Source: an uncultured Bacteroides sp. (GTDB taxonomy: Bacteria > Bacteroidota > Bacteroidia > Bacteroidales > Bacteroidaceae). From it: 64,000 nt of DNA. The position numbers and the translations under genes are program-made. Positions 47,503-57,651 of this stretch are shown here, one piece after another. Position 1 is the stretch's first letter. Every line of letters begins with the position of its first letter. The stretch covers positions 19,265 to 83,264 of the forward strand of contig CAMTPA010000001.1 in assembly GCA_947074275.1 (NCBI GenBank), in the 5' to 3' direction. The notes beneath the pieces are model-generated. The model was not told the origin of the DNA and made no database searches. It worked only from the letters and a program-made list of their open reading frames with translations.

Positions 47503-48858
47503 ATGAAGACCGATCCACGCAACGTACACGCTATTAAGAAATTTATCAGCGAATATCTCGACCTACGAAAAGACAAAGAAGACGAAATAAAAACCGTAGA
47601 ATCTATTCGTAAAGGTGTAGAGTTTAAAGGTGCAAACCTTTGGATTTTGATATTTGCCGTGTTTATGGCTTCGCTGGGGTTAAACGTAAACTCTACCGCC
47701 GTAATTATCGGAGCGATGTTGATTTCGCCACTTATGGGGCCAATTATGGGTGTGGGGTTATCCGTAGGTCTGAACGACTTTGAATTGATGAAACGCTCAC
47801 TAAAGAGCTACCTCATCACTACGATGTTTTGCGTCATCACTGCCACCATCTACTTTCTTTTCACCCCCATTGCCGAAGCGCGGTCGGAACTGTTGGCTCG
47901 CACATCGCCCTCTATCTACGATGTGTTTATCGCCTTGCTGGGTGGTATGGCTGGCGTGGTGGCACTCTCTACCAAAGAGAAAGGGAATGTGATACCGGGA
48001 GTAGCTATTGCCACCGCTCTGATGCCCCCACTCTGCACCGCGGGCTATGGGTTGGCTTCGGGCAACTTAGTCTATTTTCTGGGCGCATTCTATCTCTATT
48101 TCATCAACTCGGTGTTCATTAGTTTGGCTACCTTCATTGGGATTCGAGTGATGCATTTCAAACGCAAAGAGTTTGTAGACAAAAAGCGTGAATCGACCGT
48201 AAAGAAATACATCATCATTATAGCCGTAGTCACAATGGCACCTGCCATCTACCTCACCTTCGACATCATCAAAAGCACGTTCTACGATTCGGCAGCCAAC
48301 AAGTTTATCAACGAGCAACTGAGCTTTGAGAATGCGCAAGTAGTAGATCGTAAGATAAACTACGATGAAAAAGAGATTCGCGTGGTACTGCTGGGCGAAG
48401 ACGTGCCCGAAGCCTCGCTTGCCATAGCCCGAGATATGATGAAAAACTACCAATTGGGCGACACCAAGCTGACTGTGCTACAAGGCATCAACAACAACCA
48501 AGTAGATATGACTTCGATGCGTGCTATGTTGATGGAAGACTTCTATAAAAACAGTGAACAACGCTTGCAAGAACAGCGCACTCAAATATCGCATTTAGAG
48601 AGTGAACTGCGCCGCTACAAAGCCTACGATGAAGTAAACAGCTCGTTGATACCCGAAATGAAAGCTTTGTTTCCCGAAGTAACCAGCGTGGCAGTGTCTC
48701 GTATGGTAGAAATCAGTGTGGAAACAATGAAAACGGACACCATCGAAGTAGCTCTGCTCAATTTTGACAAGCAACCTGCTAAAAAAGAGCTTGCCAAAAT
48801 TGATGAGTGGCTTAAAGCGCGTTTAAAAACCAATCACTTAAGATTGATAGTAGAGTAA
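47503..48858 (+). CDS. TIGR00341/DUF389 family membrane protein
   Basis: 'ASLGLNVNSTAVIIGAMLISPLMGPI', 'ARTSPSIYD', 'PGVAIATALMPPL'. Confidence 0.9.
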   Translation: MKTDPRNVHAIKKFISEYLDLRKDKEDEIKTVESIRKGVEFKGANLWILIFAVFMASLGLNVNSTAVIIGAMLISPLMGPIMGVGLSVGLNDFELMKRSLKSYLITTMFCVITATIYFLFTPIAEARSELLARTSPSIYDVFIALLGGMAGVVALSTKEKGNVIPGVAIATALMPPLCTAGYGLASGNLVYFLGAFYLYFINSVFISLATFIGIRVMHFKRKEFVDKKRESTVKKYIIIIAVVTMAPAIYLTFDIIKSTFYDSAANKFINEQLSFENAQVVDRKINYDEKEIRVVLLGEDVPEASLAIARDMMKNYQLGDTKLTVLQGINNNQVDMTSMRAMLMEDFYKNSEQRLQEQRTQISHLESELRRYKAYDEVNSSLIPEMKALFPEVTSVAVSRMVEISVETMKTDTIEVALLNFDKQPAKKELAKIDEWLKARLKTNHLRLIVE

Positions 48859-48892
48859 AACAACTATAAAATCCCTTTTATCCCTAATTACC

Positions 48893-51025
48893 ATGAAGCT
48901 AAGACCGCTCTTTTTTCTAATACTCACACTCTGCACCCTTACATCGCAAGCCGATGAGGGTATGTGGCTGCTGGGCAGCATCAACAAACAAGTACGATCG
49001 ACAATGAAGGAGATGGGCTTGGAAGTGCCTTTCGACAAAGTGTATAGCCCCAAACATCATTCGCTATCCAACGCAGTAGTCAATTTCGGTGGTTTCTGCT
49101 CGGGCGTGGTGGTGTCGGACAATGGGCTGGTGTTTACCAATCACCATTGCGGTTTTGGAAGCATTCAACAGCTTTCTACCCCCGATTTCGATATTATCAA
49201 AAATGGATATGCAGCCTACACACTCGAAGAAGAGTTGTCCGACCCAGAACTCTATGTGCGCTTTTTGGTTCGCTCGGAAGATGTGACCAAACGAATGCTC
49301 AAAAATATCAAGCCCGATATGAGCGAAAGCGAGCGAACCAATATCCTCGACTCCATCGCCCGGAAGATTTCGGAAGAGGTGAGCCGAAAAGACAGCACAC
49401 TGGTAGGCGTGGTAGATACTTACTATGCGGGCAACGAGTTTTGGCTATCGGTATATCGCGACTACAACGACGTGCGTCTGGTGTTTGCCCCTCCCTCCAA
49501 CATCGGAAAGTTTGGTTGGGATGCCGACAACTGGATGTGGCCACGTCACACAGGCGATTTCTGCGTGTTTCGCATCTATGCCGATGCCAATAATCAGCCC
49601 GCCGACTACTCGCCCGACAACGTGCCCTATCGCCCCGACTACGTGGCTCCTATCTCGCTCGATGGGTATCAAAGTGGATCTTTCTGTATGACAATGGGCT
49701 ATCCGGGAAGCACCGAGCGTTATATGTCCTCGTATGGCATTTTGGAGATGGTAGAAGGGATAAATCAAGCGATGATCGACATCCGAGGTATCAAGCAAGA
49801 TATTTGGAAGAGAGAGATAAACGCCAACGACTCCATCCGCATTCAGTATGCTTCTAAATACGACGAAAGCTCTAATTACTGGAAAAACAGCATCGGAAAA
49901 AACAAAGCCATCTACCAGCTAAATATCCTCGGAAAGAAGCGAGCACAAGAAGCCACCCTGTTGCGATGGATTCAAGACAACCCCAAAGAGAGAGAGAAGC
50001 TATTGCACTTGTTCACTAACTTGGAACTGGCATACAGCTCGCGTAAAGAAACCGATCGTGCTTTGGCCTACTACGTAGAGAGTTTCTTGAATGGCCCCGA
50101 ACTGGTGCAAGTGGCTTTGGAGATACTCAACTTCGATTTTGAAGGTGAGGAAAAGGATGTGATGCGCAATTTTCAAAAATTATTAGACCAATACGACAAT
50201 CTCAATTTAGATGTAGACAAAGAGGTGTTTGTCGCTATGCTCAACTCATATCCCAAGTATGTGAGCAAAGCATATTTACCTGCCATATACACCACCATCG
50301 ACACCCTCTATCAGGGCAATGTACAGGCTTATGTAGACACGCTATATGCAACCTCAAAGCTCACCACCACAGAAGGGCTGGAACTATTCTTGGCACAAGA
50401 TTCTACTTATCAAATCATAGAAGACCCAGCCGTGGAAATGGCCATTGACATCATTCTCAATTACTACGATATGAACCAGTCGATGATGGAAGCGAACGAA
50501 AACATCGAGAAGGGTGAACGACTGCTAAACGATGCAATGAGAAGAATGTACGCTTCGAATAATTTCTATCCCGATGCCAACTTCACGATGCGGCTTAGCT
50601 TTGGCACGGTGCAAGGATATTCACCCTACGATGGTGCTTTTTACAACTACTACACCACGCCAATGGGTATTGTAGAAAAGGTAAAAGAGCATTGGGGAGA
50701 CCCCGATTTTGAGGTAAATCCACGATTGATGGAACTCTTCAACAAAGGAGAATATGGGAAATATGGCGATGAAGAGGGCGAAATGCGCGTCTGTTTCATT
50801 TCCAACAACGATATTACAGGCGGAAATTCGGGCAGCGCAATGTTTAATGGCAAAGGCGAGCTTATCGGGTTGGCATTTGATGGCAACTGGGAAGCGATGA
50901 GCAGCGACATAGCCTACGAGCCGAATATGCAGCGTTGTATCGGCGTAGATGTGCGCTATATGCTATTTATCATCGAACAATATGGAGAGGCAACCAACAT
51001 CATCGAGGAGTTGAAGCTGAAATAA
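48893..51025 (+). CDS. S46 family dipeptidyl peptidase (DPP7-like)
   Basis: 'ADEGMWL', 'TNHHCG' (His), 'DNWMWPRHTGDF' (Asp), 'DITGGNSGS' (Ser). 'FDGNWE' has Gly rather than the Arg typical of DPP11. Confidence 0.92.
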   Translation: MKLRPLFFLILTLCTLTSQADEGMWLLGSINKQVRSTMKEMGLEVPFDKVYSPKHHSLSNAVVNFGGFCSGVVVSDNGLVFTNHHCGFGSIQQLSTPDFDIIKNGYAAYTLEEELSDPELYVRFLVRSEDVTKRMLKNIKPDMSESERTNILDSIARKISEEVSRKDSTLVGVVDTYYAGNEFWLSVYRDYNDVRLVFAPPSNIGKFGWDADNWMWPRHTGDFCVFRIYADANNQPADYSPDNVPYRPDYVAPISLDGYQSGSFCMTMGYPGSTERYMSSYGILEMVEGINQAMIDIRGIKQDIWKREINANDSIRIQYASKYDESSNYWKNSIGKNKAIYQLNILGKKRAQEATLLRWIQDNPKEREKLLHLFTNLELAYSSRKETDRALAYYVESFLNGPELVQVALEILNFDFEGEEKDVMRNFQKLLDQYDNLNLDVDKEVFVAMLNSYPKYVSKAYLPAIYTTIDTLYQGNVQAYVDTLYATSKLTTTEGLELFLAQDSTYQIIEDPAVEMAIDIILNYYDMNQSMMEANENIEKGERLLNDAMRRMYASNNFYPDANFTMRLSFGTVQGYSPYDGAFYNYYTTPMGIVEKVKEHWGDPDFEVNPRLMELFNKGEYGKYGDEEGEMRVCFISNNDITGGNSGSAMFNGKGELIGLAFDGNWEAMSSDIAYEPNMQRCIGVDVRYMLFIIEQYGEATNIIEELKLK

Positions 51026-51048
51026 TCGACCGTCAGCTATTAATATCT

Positions 51049-51100
51049 ATTGCGCCAACTATCAACAATCCATTTGAGGAGTGTGAATAGTTGGCGCAAT
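51049..51100. terminator. Hairpin between convergent genes (probable bidirectional terminator)
   Basis: Perfect 14-bp inverted repeat ATTGCGCCAACTAT / ATAGTTGGCGCAAT with a 24-nt loop. Confidence 0.6.
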
Positions 51101-51115
51101 CGTTGTTTTAAGCCA

Positions 51116-51979
51116 TTATTGCTTGAGAATAATAACAGTGACAGCAGCAATGATAAATGCCACCCCCAAACCAATGCCATAGGTGAGCGGTTCGTGAAAT
51201 ATCCAAATGCCCACACACACAGCCGTCACAGGTTCCATAGCTCCCAAAACTGAAGTCAGCGTAGAGCCAATCATTTTGACCGAACGCACCAAAGCCAAAT
51301 TGGATACCACCGTGGGAATCAATGCCAGCATCACCAAGTTTCCACCCATTTGCCAGTTGTCTATCCCTTGTATTCCCGTAGCAAAGGGCACACCTACCAA
51401 CAAAAACATCGTTCCAAAAAGAAAAACATAAAAAGTCAGCTTAATGCCTTTCATTTTGCCCACTTTCAGTTGGCCGATGGTGACGAGATAAAGGGCGTAT
51501 CCCAAGGCCGACAGCAAAACAATAACAATGCCCCACACACTAAAATGACCCGCATCGCCCCCACTCGACAAAAAATAGACTCCCGACACCGCCAACACAA
51601 TGGCAGCCATTCGCCATATCGATTTTTTCTCACGAAAAAAAATCATCATCAGCACAGTGGTGAGCACTGGATACATAAAATGAAGAGTAGTGGCGATGCC
51701 ACTGGGCATATATTTATAGCCCCAAAACAGAAACAAAGCCGACATTAAATAGAACAAAGACAATAGCAGCAAAGGAGGAACATCGCGCCACGCTATGCGA
51801 AAATCCGCTTTGCTAAGCAGCATCAAGCCTCCCAGCGCAATGGTAGCAAACAAGAAGCGATAAAGCAATATCGATTCAAATTCCATTCCACGGCGCATCA
51901 CCGGAATGGCAAAAAGAGGAATAAGCCCGAAAGAGGCCGAAGACAACAATCCGTAAAGGAAGCCATTAAACTTATTCAT
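51116..51979 (-). CDS. EamA/DMT family transporter
   Basis: Ten TM helices in two EamA halves; 'SGIATTLHFMYPV', 'SVLGAMEPVTAV'. Start refined to ATG 51979. Confidence 0.9.
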   Translation of the reverse strand: MNKFNGFLYGLLSSASFGLIPLFAIPVMRRGMEFESILLYRFLFATIALGGLMLLSKADFRIAWRDVPPLLLLSLFYLMSALFLFWGYKYMPSGIATTLHFMYPVLTTVLMMIFFREKKSIWRMAAIVLAVSGVYFLSSGGDAGHFSVWGIVIVLLSALGYALYLVTIGQLKVGKMKGIKLTFYVFLFGTMFLLVGVPFATGIQGIDNWQMGGNLVMLALIPTVVSNLALVRSVKMIGSTLTSVLGAMEPVTAVCVGIWIFHEPLTYGIGLGVAFIIAAVTVIILKQ

Positions 51980-52213
51980 AGGGCAGGCAGTCTGTTTTCT
52001 AAAAATCAATCTTTATAGATAATACTACAAAAGTAAGCAAATAAAGTTCTTTCCTTGCTGCTTTTTATAGGCAACACCCTTATTTAGTTGCAAAACATTT
52101 GGTTAAACGTGTTAAATGAGATGTAGTTTGGCTAATAATAATAAAGGGCTTTGTCAACCAAAATGATTAATGCCTATCTTTGTAGCGTATTATATAATGA
52201 GGCAAATATACGT

Positions 52214-53269
52214 ATGTACAAAAACCTGTTGAATTGGCTGGCTATTGTTATTTTACTTCCTTCTTGCTCTAAATCATCGCCGAACATCTCGACGGTGTGT
52301 GAAGAGAACTATGTAGGCAATTGTATCATCAAATGGGAAACCACCCCCACCATTCCCGGGCAAGTAAAAGTGTATGCCTCTTTGAATCCCAACTTCATCC
52401 CCGAAATAAACCCTGTGGCTTCGGCGTGCATTTCGGATGAAAGAGTGACAATTATCACCAACAACCCCTCTCAACGCTATTTCTACTCGATGGTATTCGA
52501 CAACAAGTACCGAGTGAAAATAGCCTCACGAAACGTCAACATACCAGGCGTTCAAAACTTTCGCGACTTAGGCGGCTACAAATCGTCTGAAACTGGGCAG
52601 AACACCCGTTGGGGAATGCTGTACAGATCGGCTAATATTGAGCCTAAAGGATCGACAGAGAGAAAGCTGAAAAGCATAGGCGTGAAAACCCTGATTGATT
52701 TGCGCCCCCAGCGAGAGCGTAAAAGCGTAGGTGATAGTTTAGCAGGAGCTCGCGTGGTTCGTATTCCTATCGATGTGATGAGTTTGACATCTTTGCTGGG
52801 CGATATACAGCAAGGAAAAGCAGACAGCAAAAAGATAGATGAACTGACGAAACAATTCTATCGCGACTTCGTGGCCAATTATCACGACGAGTACAGACAA
52901 ATGTTTGACGTGTTGCTCGACAAAAGCAACTATCCTGTGGTGATTTATTGTTCATCGGGCAAAGGCAGAACGGGTATCGCTGCCGCGCTTGTACTGGCTG
53001 CATTGGGTGTAGACGAAAACACCATCGTGCAGGATTATCGTTTAAGCAACGATTACTACAACATCGCTAAAGCGTATAAGTACGCTTACAACTTGCCTCC
53101 CGCTTCGCAAGAAGCTGTCACCAGCCTTTATACTGCGAAAGAGAAGTTTATAAATGCGGCAAGTGCGGAAATTAAAAAGATTAGCGGCGACAAGGTCACT
53201 TTTCTGAAAGAACAAATCGGGCTAAGCGAAGATGAGATAGAAAAGCTGCGAAGCATCTTGCTTGAATAA
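52214..53269 (+). CDS. Tyrosine-phosphatase-family (Y_phosphatase3-like) lipoprotein
   Basis: Lipobox LLPSC; 'NFRDLGGY', 'LYRSA', 'IDLR', CX5R loop 'YCSSGKGRTG', 'QDYRLSN'; -7 TATCTTTG at 52175-52182. Confidence 0.85.
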   Translation: MYKNLLNWLAIVILLPSCSKSSPNISTVCEENYVGNCIIKWETTPTIPGQVKVYASLNPNFIPEINPVASACISDERVTIITNNPSQRYFYSMVFDNKYRVKIASRNVNIPGVQNFRDLGGYKSSETGQNTRWGMLYRSANIEPKGSTERKLKSIGVKTLIDLRPQRERKSVGDSLAGARVVRIPIDVMSLTSLLGDIQQGKADSKKIDELTKQFYRDFVANYHDEYRQMFDVLLDKSNYPVVIYCSSGKGRTGIAAALVLAALGVDENTIVQDYRLSNDYYNIAKAYKYAYNLPPASQEAVTSLYTAKEKFINAASAEIKKISGDKVTFLKEQIGLSEDEIEKLRSILLE

Positions 53270-53343
53270 TTCGAGCTATATCGAAGTATGTTAGCGTTTT
53301 ATACCTATCTTTGCACCCAAATATAAAGATATACAAATAGTTA

Positions 53344-55251
53344 ATGAAGACATTTGAAGAGCTTGGCGTATCTGCGGAGATACAAAAAGCAATTGAGGAG
53401 ATGGGGTATGTGAACCCTATGCCGGTACAAGAAGAGGTGATTCCATACCTTTTAGGAGAAAACAATGATGTGGTAGCCCTCGCCCAAACAGGCACCGGAA
53501 AAACTGCAGCTTTCGGTTTGCCATTGGTTCAAAAGATTGACGTAAGAAATCGTGTTCCACAATCGCTTATACTTTGCCCCACACGCGAGCTTTGCTTGCA
53601 GATTGCGGGCGACTTGAATGATTACTCCAAATACATCGACGGATTGAAAGTGCTTCCCGTTTACGGTGGTTCGTCTATCGACAGCCAAATACGTAGCTTG
53701 AAGCGTGGTGTGCATATCATCGTGGCTACACCCGGTCGTTTGCTCGACTTGATGGAGCGCAAAACTGTATCACTCTCGACCATTCACAACGTGGTGATGG
53801 ACGAAGCTGACGAAATGCTCAATATGGGCTTTACCGATAGCATCAACGCCATCCTTGCCGATGTACCCGAAAATAGAAACACGCTACTTTTCTCGGCCAC
53901 AATGAGCCCCGACATAGCACGAATCTCGAAAAAATACCTGCGCGATGCGAAAGAGATTACCATCGGACGCAAGAATGAAGGTAGCAACAACGTGCAGCAC
54001 ATCGCCTATACCGTTCACGCAAAAGACAAATACGCCGCTTTGAAGCGTGTGGCCGATTGCAACCCACAGATTTATGGCATCATCTTCTGCCGTACTCGTA
54101 AAGAGACACAAGAGATTGCCGACAAACTGATGCAAGAGGGGTACAACGCCGACTCGCTACACGGTGAATTGTCGCAAGCCCAACGCGATGCTGTGATGCA
54201 AAAGTTCCGCATTCGCAACATTCAGCTATTGGTGGCTACCGACGTGGCTGCACGTGGTTTGGATGTGGATGACCTGACTCACGTAATCAACTACGGACTA
54301 CCCGACGATACAGAAAGCTACACACATCGTAGCGGACGTACCGGACGTGCAGGAAAAACAGGTACTTCTATCGCCATCATCAACCTACGCGAAAAAGGCA
54401 AAATGCGCGAAATAGAGCGCATTATGAGCAAGAAGTTTGTTATTGGCGAACTACCTACTGCCAAAGAGATTTGCGAGAAGCAATTGGTGAAGGTGATTGA
54501 CGACTTGGAAAAAGTAAAGGTAAACGAAGAAGAAATCAACGACTTTATGCCCGAAATCTACCGCAAACTGGAATGGTTGAGCAAGGAAGACTTGATTAAA
54601 CGTGTGGTATCGCACGAGTTCAACCGCTTTTTGGACTACTACCGTGGCAAAGGCGACATTGAAGCTGTGACCGATGGACGTGGCGAAAGAGGCGAACGCA
54701 GAAACGGCGAAAGAAGCCGCAAAGCACAATCTGGATTCAAACGCCTGTTTATCAACTTGGGCAAGACCGACAACTTCTTCCCAGCCGAGCTTATTTCGCT
54801 ACTCAACAATAACACCCGTGGACGTGTGGAATTGGGCAAGATTGACTTGATGAAAACATTCTCGTTCTTTGAAGTGCCCGAAAGTGACGCTCAAAACGTA
54901 GTTAAATCGTTGAATCGCGCCAATTACAACGGTCGCAAGGTTGTGGTAGAAATGGCCGATGAAAACTCGTCAGAAGGCGGAAAAAGCAACAGAGGCGGAC
55001 GTGGATCTTATGGCAAAGAAGGTGGTAGAGGCTATCAAGGAGGCAGAGGAGACCGTGCAAAACGTGACGGTGCAACCGATCGCCCCAGACGTGATGCTTC
55101 GAGCGATAAAAAACAAAAACCTTCACGCGAAGAGCGTGGCTATACTGGCTCACGTGGCAAAAAAGACGATTGGCAAAAATTCTTCAACGGCTCTGAACCC
55201 GATTTCAGCGAAGAGGGCTGGGCAAGAAGAGAACCTAAAAAGAAAAAATAA
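53344..55251 (+). CDS. DEAD-box RNA helicase (DeaD/CsdA-like) with DbpA-type RNA-binding domain and RGG-rich tail
   Basis: 'AQTGTGKT', 'PTREL', 'DEAD', 'SAT', 'ARGLD', 'HRSGRTGRAG'; C-terminal 'LFINLGK.D' domain. Confidence 0.96.
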   Translation: MKTFEELGVSAEIQKAIEEMGYVNPMPVQEEVIPYLLGENNDVVALAQTGTGKTAAFGLPLVQKIDVRNRVPQSLILCPTRELCLQIAGDLNDYSKYIDGLKVLPVYGGSSIDSQIRSLKRGVHIIVATPGRLLDLMERKTVSLSTIHNVVMDEADEMLNMGFTDSINAILADVPENRNTLLFSATMSPDIARISKKYLRDAKEITIGRKNEGSNNVQHIAYTVHAKDKYAALKRVADCNPQIYGIIFCRTRKETQEIADKLMQEGYNADSLHGELSQAQRDAVMQKFRIRNIQLLVATDVAARGLDVDDLTHVINYGLPDDTESYTHRSGRTGRAGKTGTSIAIINLREKGKMREIERIMSKKFVIGELPTAKEICEKQLVKVIDDLEKVKVNEEEINDFMPEIYRKLEWLSKEDLIKRVVSHEFNRFLDYYRGKGDIEAVTDGRGERGERRNGERSRKAQSGFKRLFINLGKTDNFFPAELISLLNNNTRGRVELGKIDLMKTFSFFEVPESDAQNVVKSLNRANYNGRKVVVEMADENSSEGGKSNRGGRGSYGKEGGRGYQGGRGDRAKRDGATDRPRRDASSDKKQKPSREERGYTGSRGKKDDWQKFFNGSEPDFSEEGWARREPKKKK

Positions 55252-55280
55252 GAGTAACAACTCTTATCAGTAGATAAAGC

Positions 55281-55326
55281 AAATCCCCTGTCAGAGATTA
55301 AATTCTGGCAGGGGATTTATTTTTTC
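55281..55326 (+). terminator. Intrinsic terminator after the helicase (convergent with the AlkD-like gene)
   Basis: AAATCCCCTGTCAGA...TCTGGCAGGGGATTT stem followed by ATTTTTT. Confidence 0.8.
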
Positions 55327-55339
55327 ATAAGCAACCGCC

Positions 55340-56047
55340 TCATTTCCGTTTCAAATAATATTGCCGCTCCTCTTCGGGAAACTTCTCGATGGAATAGCGG
55401 AGCATTGTGCGTGGCATTAGGGTGCTGTGTTTGTCGAGAAACTGTACAAGCAGATCTTTGTCACGCTTCCCCAACTCGCGAAGCATCCAGCCAATGGCTT
55501 TGCGCATCAAGTCGTGCGGATGCTGCAAAAGCTTTTCCGAAAGAGCCAATATATCGAGGTATTCCCCGTAGCGGATTAGTTTCCAATTGGCCACCACTGC
55601 AATGCGCTGCTCCCATAGCAATGCGCTATCGGCAAGACGATAAAGGTCGTGACGTGGCTTGTCTTTGAGATATTCGCCCACAATACCTGGTGCCGACAGG
55701 TCTACCAAATCCCAATTGTTGATACGCTCGGTTTGTGTCAGATAGAAATCATAAATCTCTTTTCGCGCCAATTCACCGCTCTTTTTGAATCGTTCCACCA
55801 GCATCAACAAGGCACAAAGCCTGCATTCGTGCCACGGGCTTTGTAGTAGCTCTTTCATCACCTCAAAATCGCATCCTTTGTATTTCTTGGCCACTATTCG
55901 CGTGTTGGGCACCACCACCCCTAAAAACCGATCACCTTCGCCATATTCTCCTTTTCCTGTTTTAAAAAAGCGTGGCAAGTACTCCCGCTTCACTGGGTCG
56001 ATGTAGGCCTCAAGCTCTTTTTGAATATGTGCAGCAGTTGTTTTCAT
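55340..56047 (-). CDS. DNA alkylation repair protein (AlkD-like)
   Basis: 'FFKTGKGEYGEGD.FLG', 'INNWDLVD.SAP', 'DL..KAIGWMLRE.GK', 'MPRTMLRYSIEK'. Confidence 0.9.
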   Translation of the reverse strand: MKTTAAHIQKELEAYIDPVKREYLPRFFKTGKGEYGEGDRFLGVVVPNTRIVAKKYKGCDFEVMKELLQSPWHECRLCALLMLVERFKKSGELARKEIYDFYLTQTERINNWDLVDLSAPGIVGEYLKDKPRHDLYRLADSALLWEQRIAVVANWKLIRYGEYLDILALSEKLLQHPHDLMRKAIGWMLRELGKRDKDLLVQFLDKHSTLMPRTMLRYSIEKFPEEERQYYLKRK

Positions 56048-56209
56048 ACGTTTATTTTTATGGTTGTAGCAAAAATAAAGAAAATTGAAGGTAGATTATC
56101 ATCGAATATATAAAAATAAAAGAAAAAGTCTCCATTCAACAACCAACAGAACCCGACAGCATCATAAACAATTGATTATCAACGAACAACAACCACACGA
56201 AAACTGGCT

Positions 56210-56297
56210 TTGGTAGATAGGCCTTTCCAGCTCGGTGGAAAGGCCTACTCAGCTTGGTAGACAGCCCTATCTACCAAGCTGGCAAGGGCTACTTGAC
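56210..56297. repeat. Array of four 22-bp quasi-palindromic units (dispersed repeat family, copy 3)
   Basis: TTGGTAGATAGGCCTTTCCAGC / TCGGTGGAAAGGCCTACTCAGC / TTGGTAGACAGCCCTATCTACC / AAGCTGGCAAGGGCTACTTGAC, with centres at 56220, 56242, 56264 and 56286. Confidence 0.8.
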
Positions 56298-56397
56298 ATT
56301 ATGATGCTATAAGCCAAGCCTTTTTGATAATATTTTTCTCAATAAGCCAAACAAGCCCTTGAAATCTTTTTTATATTTGCATTAAAATGACGATAAA

Positions 56398-57630
56398 ATG
56401 GTCTTAAATTACATTTGGATTGCTTTCTTCATCGTAGCCTTTGTAGTGGCATTGGGAAAGCTTCTTCTCACAGGAAACACACAAATCTTCACTGACATTA
56501 TTCAGTCTACTTTCGATTCATCGAAAACGGCCTTTGAAATATCGCTGGGGCTGACAGGTGTGCTTTCGTTGTGGCTGGGTATTATGAAAATTGGCGAAAA
56601 CAGTGGATTAATCAACACACTGGCACGCTGGCTCAGCCCTGTGTTTTGTCGTTTATTCCCCGATATTCCAAAGGGACATCCTGTGATGGGAGCTATCTTT
56701 ATGAATATGTCTGCCAATATGCTGGGACTGGACAATGCCGCCACTCCAATGGGACTGAAAGCGATGAAGGAGCTTCAAGAGTTGAACCCCCAAAAAGACA
56801 CGGCGAGCAACCCTATGATTATGTTTTTAGTAATCAACACATCGGGATTGATTCTGATACCCATCTCGATAATGGTGTATAGGGCACAGATGGGAGCCGC
56901 ACAACCAACCGATATATTCATCCCCATTTTGCTAACCACGTTTATCTCTACAATTGTGGGGGTAGTCACCGTGAGCATATCACAACGCATCAACCTCATC
57001 AATAAGCCCATACTCATCCTCGTTGGGGCACTTAGCCTCTTTTTTGGTGGTTTGATGTATCTGTTTGCCACTATTTCGCGTCAAGAGATGGGAACTTACT
57101 CCACACTAATAGCCAATATGATTCTTTTTGGTGTGATAGTGTTATTTATTGTGAGTGGATTGAGAAAGAAGATAAACGTGTACGATTCGTTTGTGGAGGG
57201 TGCAAAAGAGGGATTTACCACTGCCGTGCGCATCATACCCTACTTAGTAGCGTTTTTAGTGGCTATCGCAGTGTTTCGTACTTCGGGAGCAATGAGCATC
57301 ATCACCGAAGGGATAGGTTATGCAATCGGCGCAATGGGGCTCGACACATCGTTTGTAGAAGCTCTGCCTACGGGCATTATGAAATCGCTTAGTGGAAGCG
57401 GCGCCAATGGACTGATGATTGACACGATGCAACAACACGGCCCCGATTCGTTTGTGGGCAGAGTGAGTTGCGTGGTGAGAGGCGCATCGGACACTACATT
57501 CTACATTTTAGCGGTCTATTTTGGTAGCGTAGGCATCAGCAAAACACGCAATGCGGTAACTTGCGGATTGATTGCAGATTTTTCGGGTATCATAGCTGCC
57601 ATTTTTATGAGTTATTTGTTCTTCTATTAA
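56398..57630 (+). CDS. Nucleoside-recognition (Gate) domain membrane protein, SpmA/SpmB-like fusion
   Basis: 'NMLGLDNAATPMGLKAM.ELQ', 'FVEGAKEGF', 'SDTTFYILAVYFGSV'; -7 TATATTTG at 56372-56379. Confidence 0.88.
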   Translation: MVLNYIWIAFFIVAFVVALGKLLLTGNTQIFTDIIQSTFDSSKTAFEISLGLTGVLSLWLGIMKIGENSGLINTLARWLSPVFCRLFPDIPKGHPVMGAIFMNMSANMLGLDNAATPMGLKAMKELQELNPQKDTASNPMIMFLVINTSGLILIPISIMVYRAQMGAAQPTDIFIPILLTTFISTIVGVVTVSISQRINLINKPILILVGALSLFFGGLMYLFATISRQEMGTYSTLIANMILFGVIVLFIVSGLRKKINVYDSFVEGAKEGFTTAVRIIPYLVAFLVAIAVFRTSGAMSIITEGIGYAIGAMGLDTSFVEALPTGIMKSLSGSGANGLMIDTMQQHGPDSFVGRVSCVVRGASDTTFYILAVYFGSVGISKTRNAVTCGLIADFSGIIAAIFMSYLFFY

Positions 57631-57651
57631 ATTATCAATACCAATACATAT

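Noticed and set aside
10411-52213. Extended N-termini given by the track (10411, 15770, 18923, 29257, 37526, 38722, 44977, 52009, 52151)
   Set aside because: They use upstream or near-cognate starts that overlap predicted -7 elements or neighbouring genes; downstream ATGs give proper signal peptides or family-typical N-termini.
23703-56297. 22-bp arrays as CRISPR arrays
   Set aside because: Units are contiguous with no unique spacers, only 3-5 degenerate copies per locus, and no cas genes are present.
56398-57630. Sporulation function for the SpmA/SpmB-like gene
   Set aside because: This membrane family is widespread in non-sporulating Bacteroidetes and no other sporulation genes are present.
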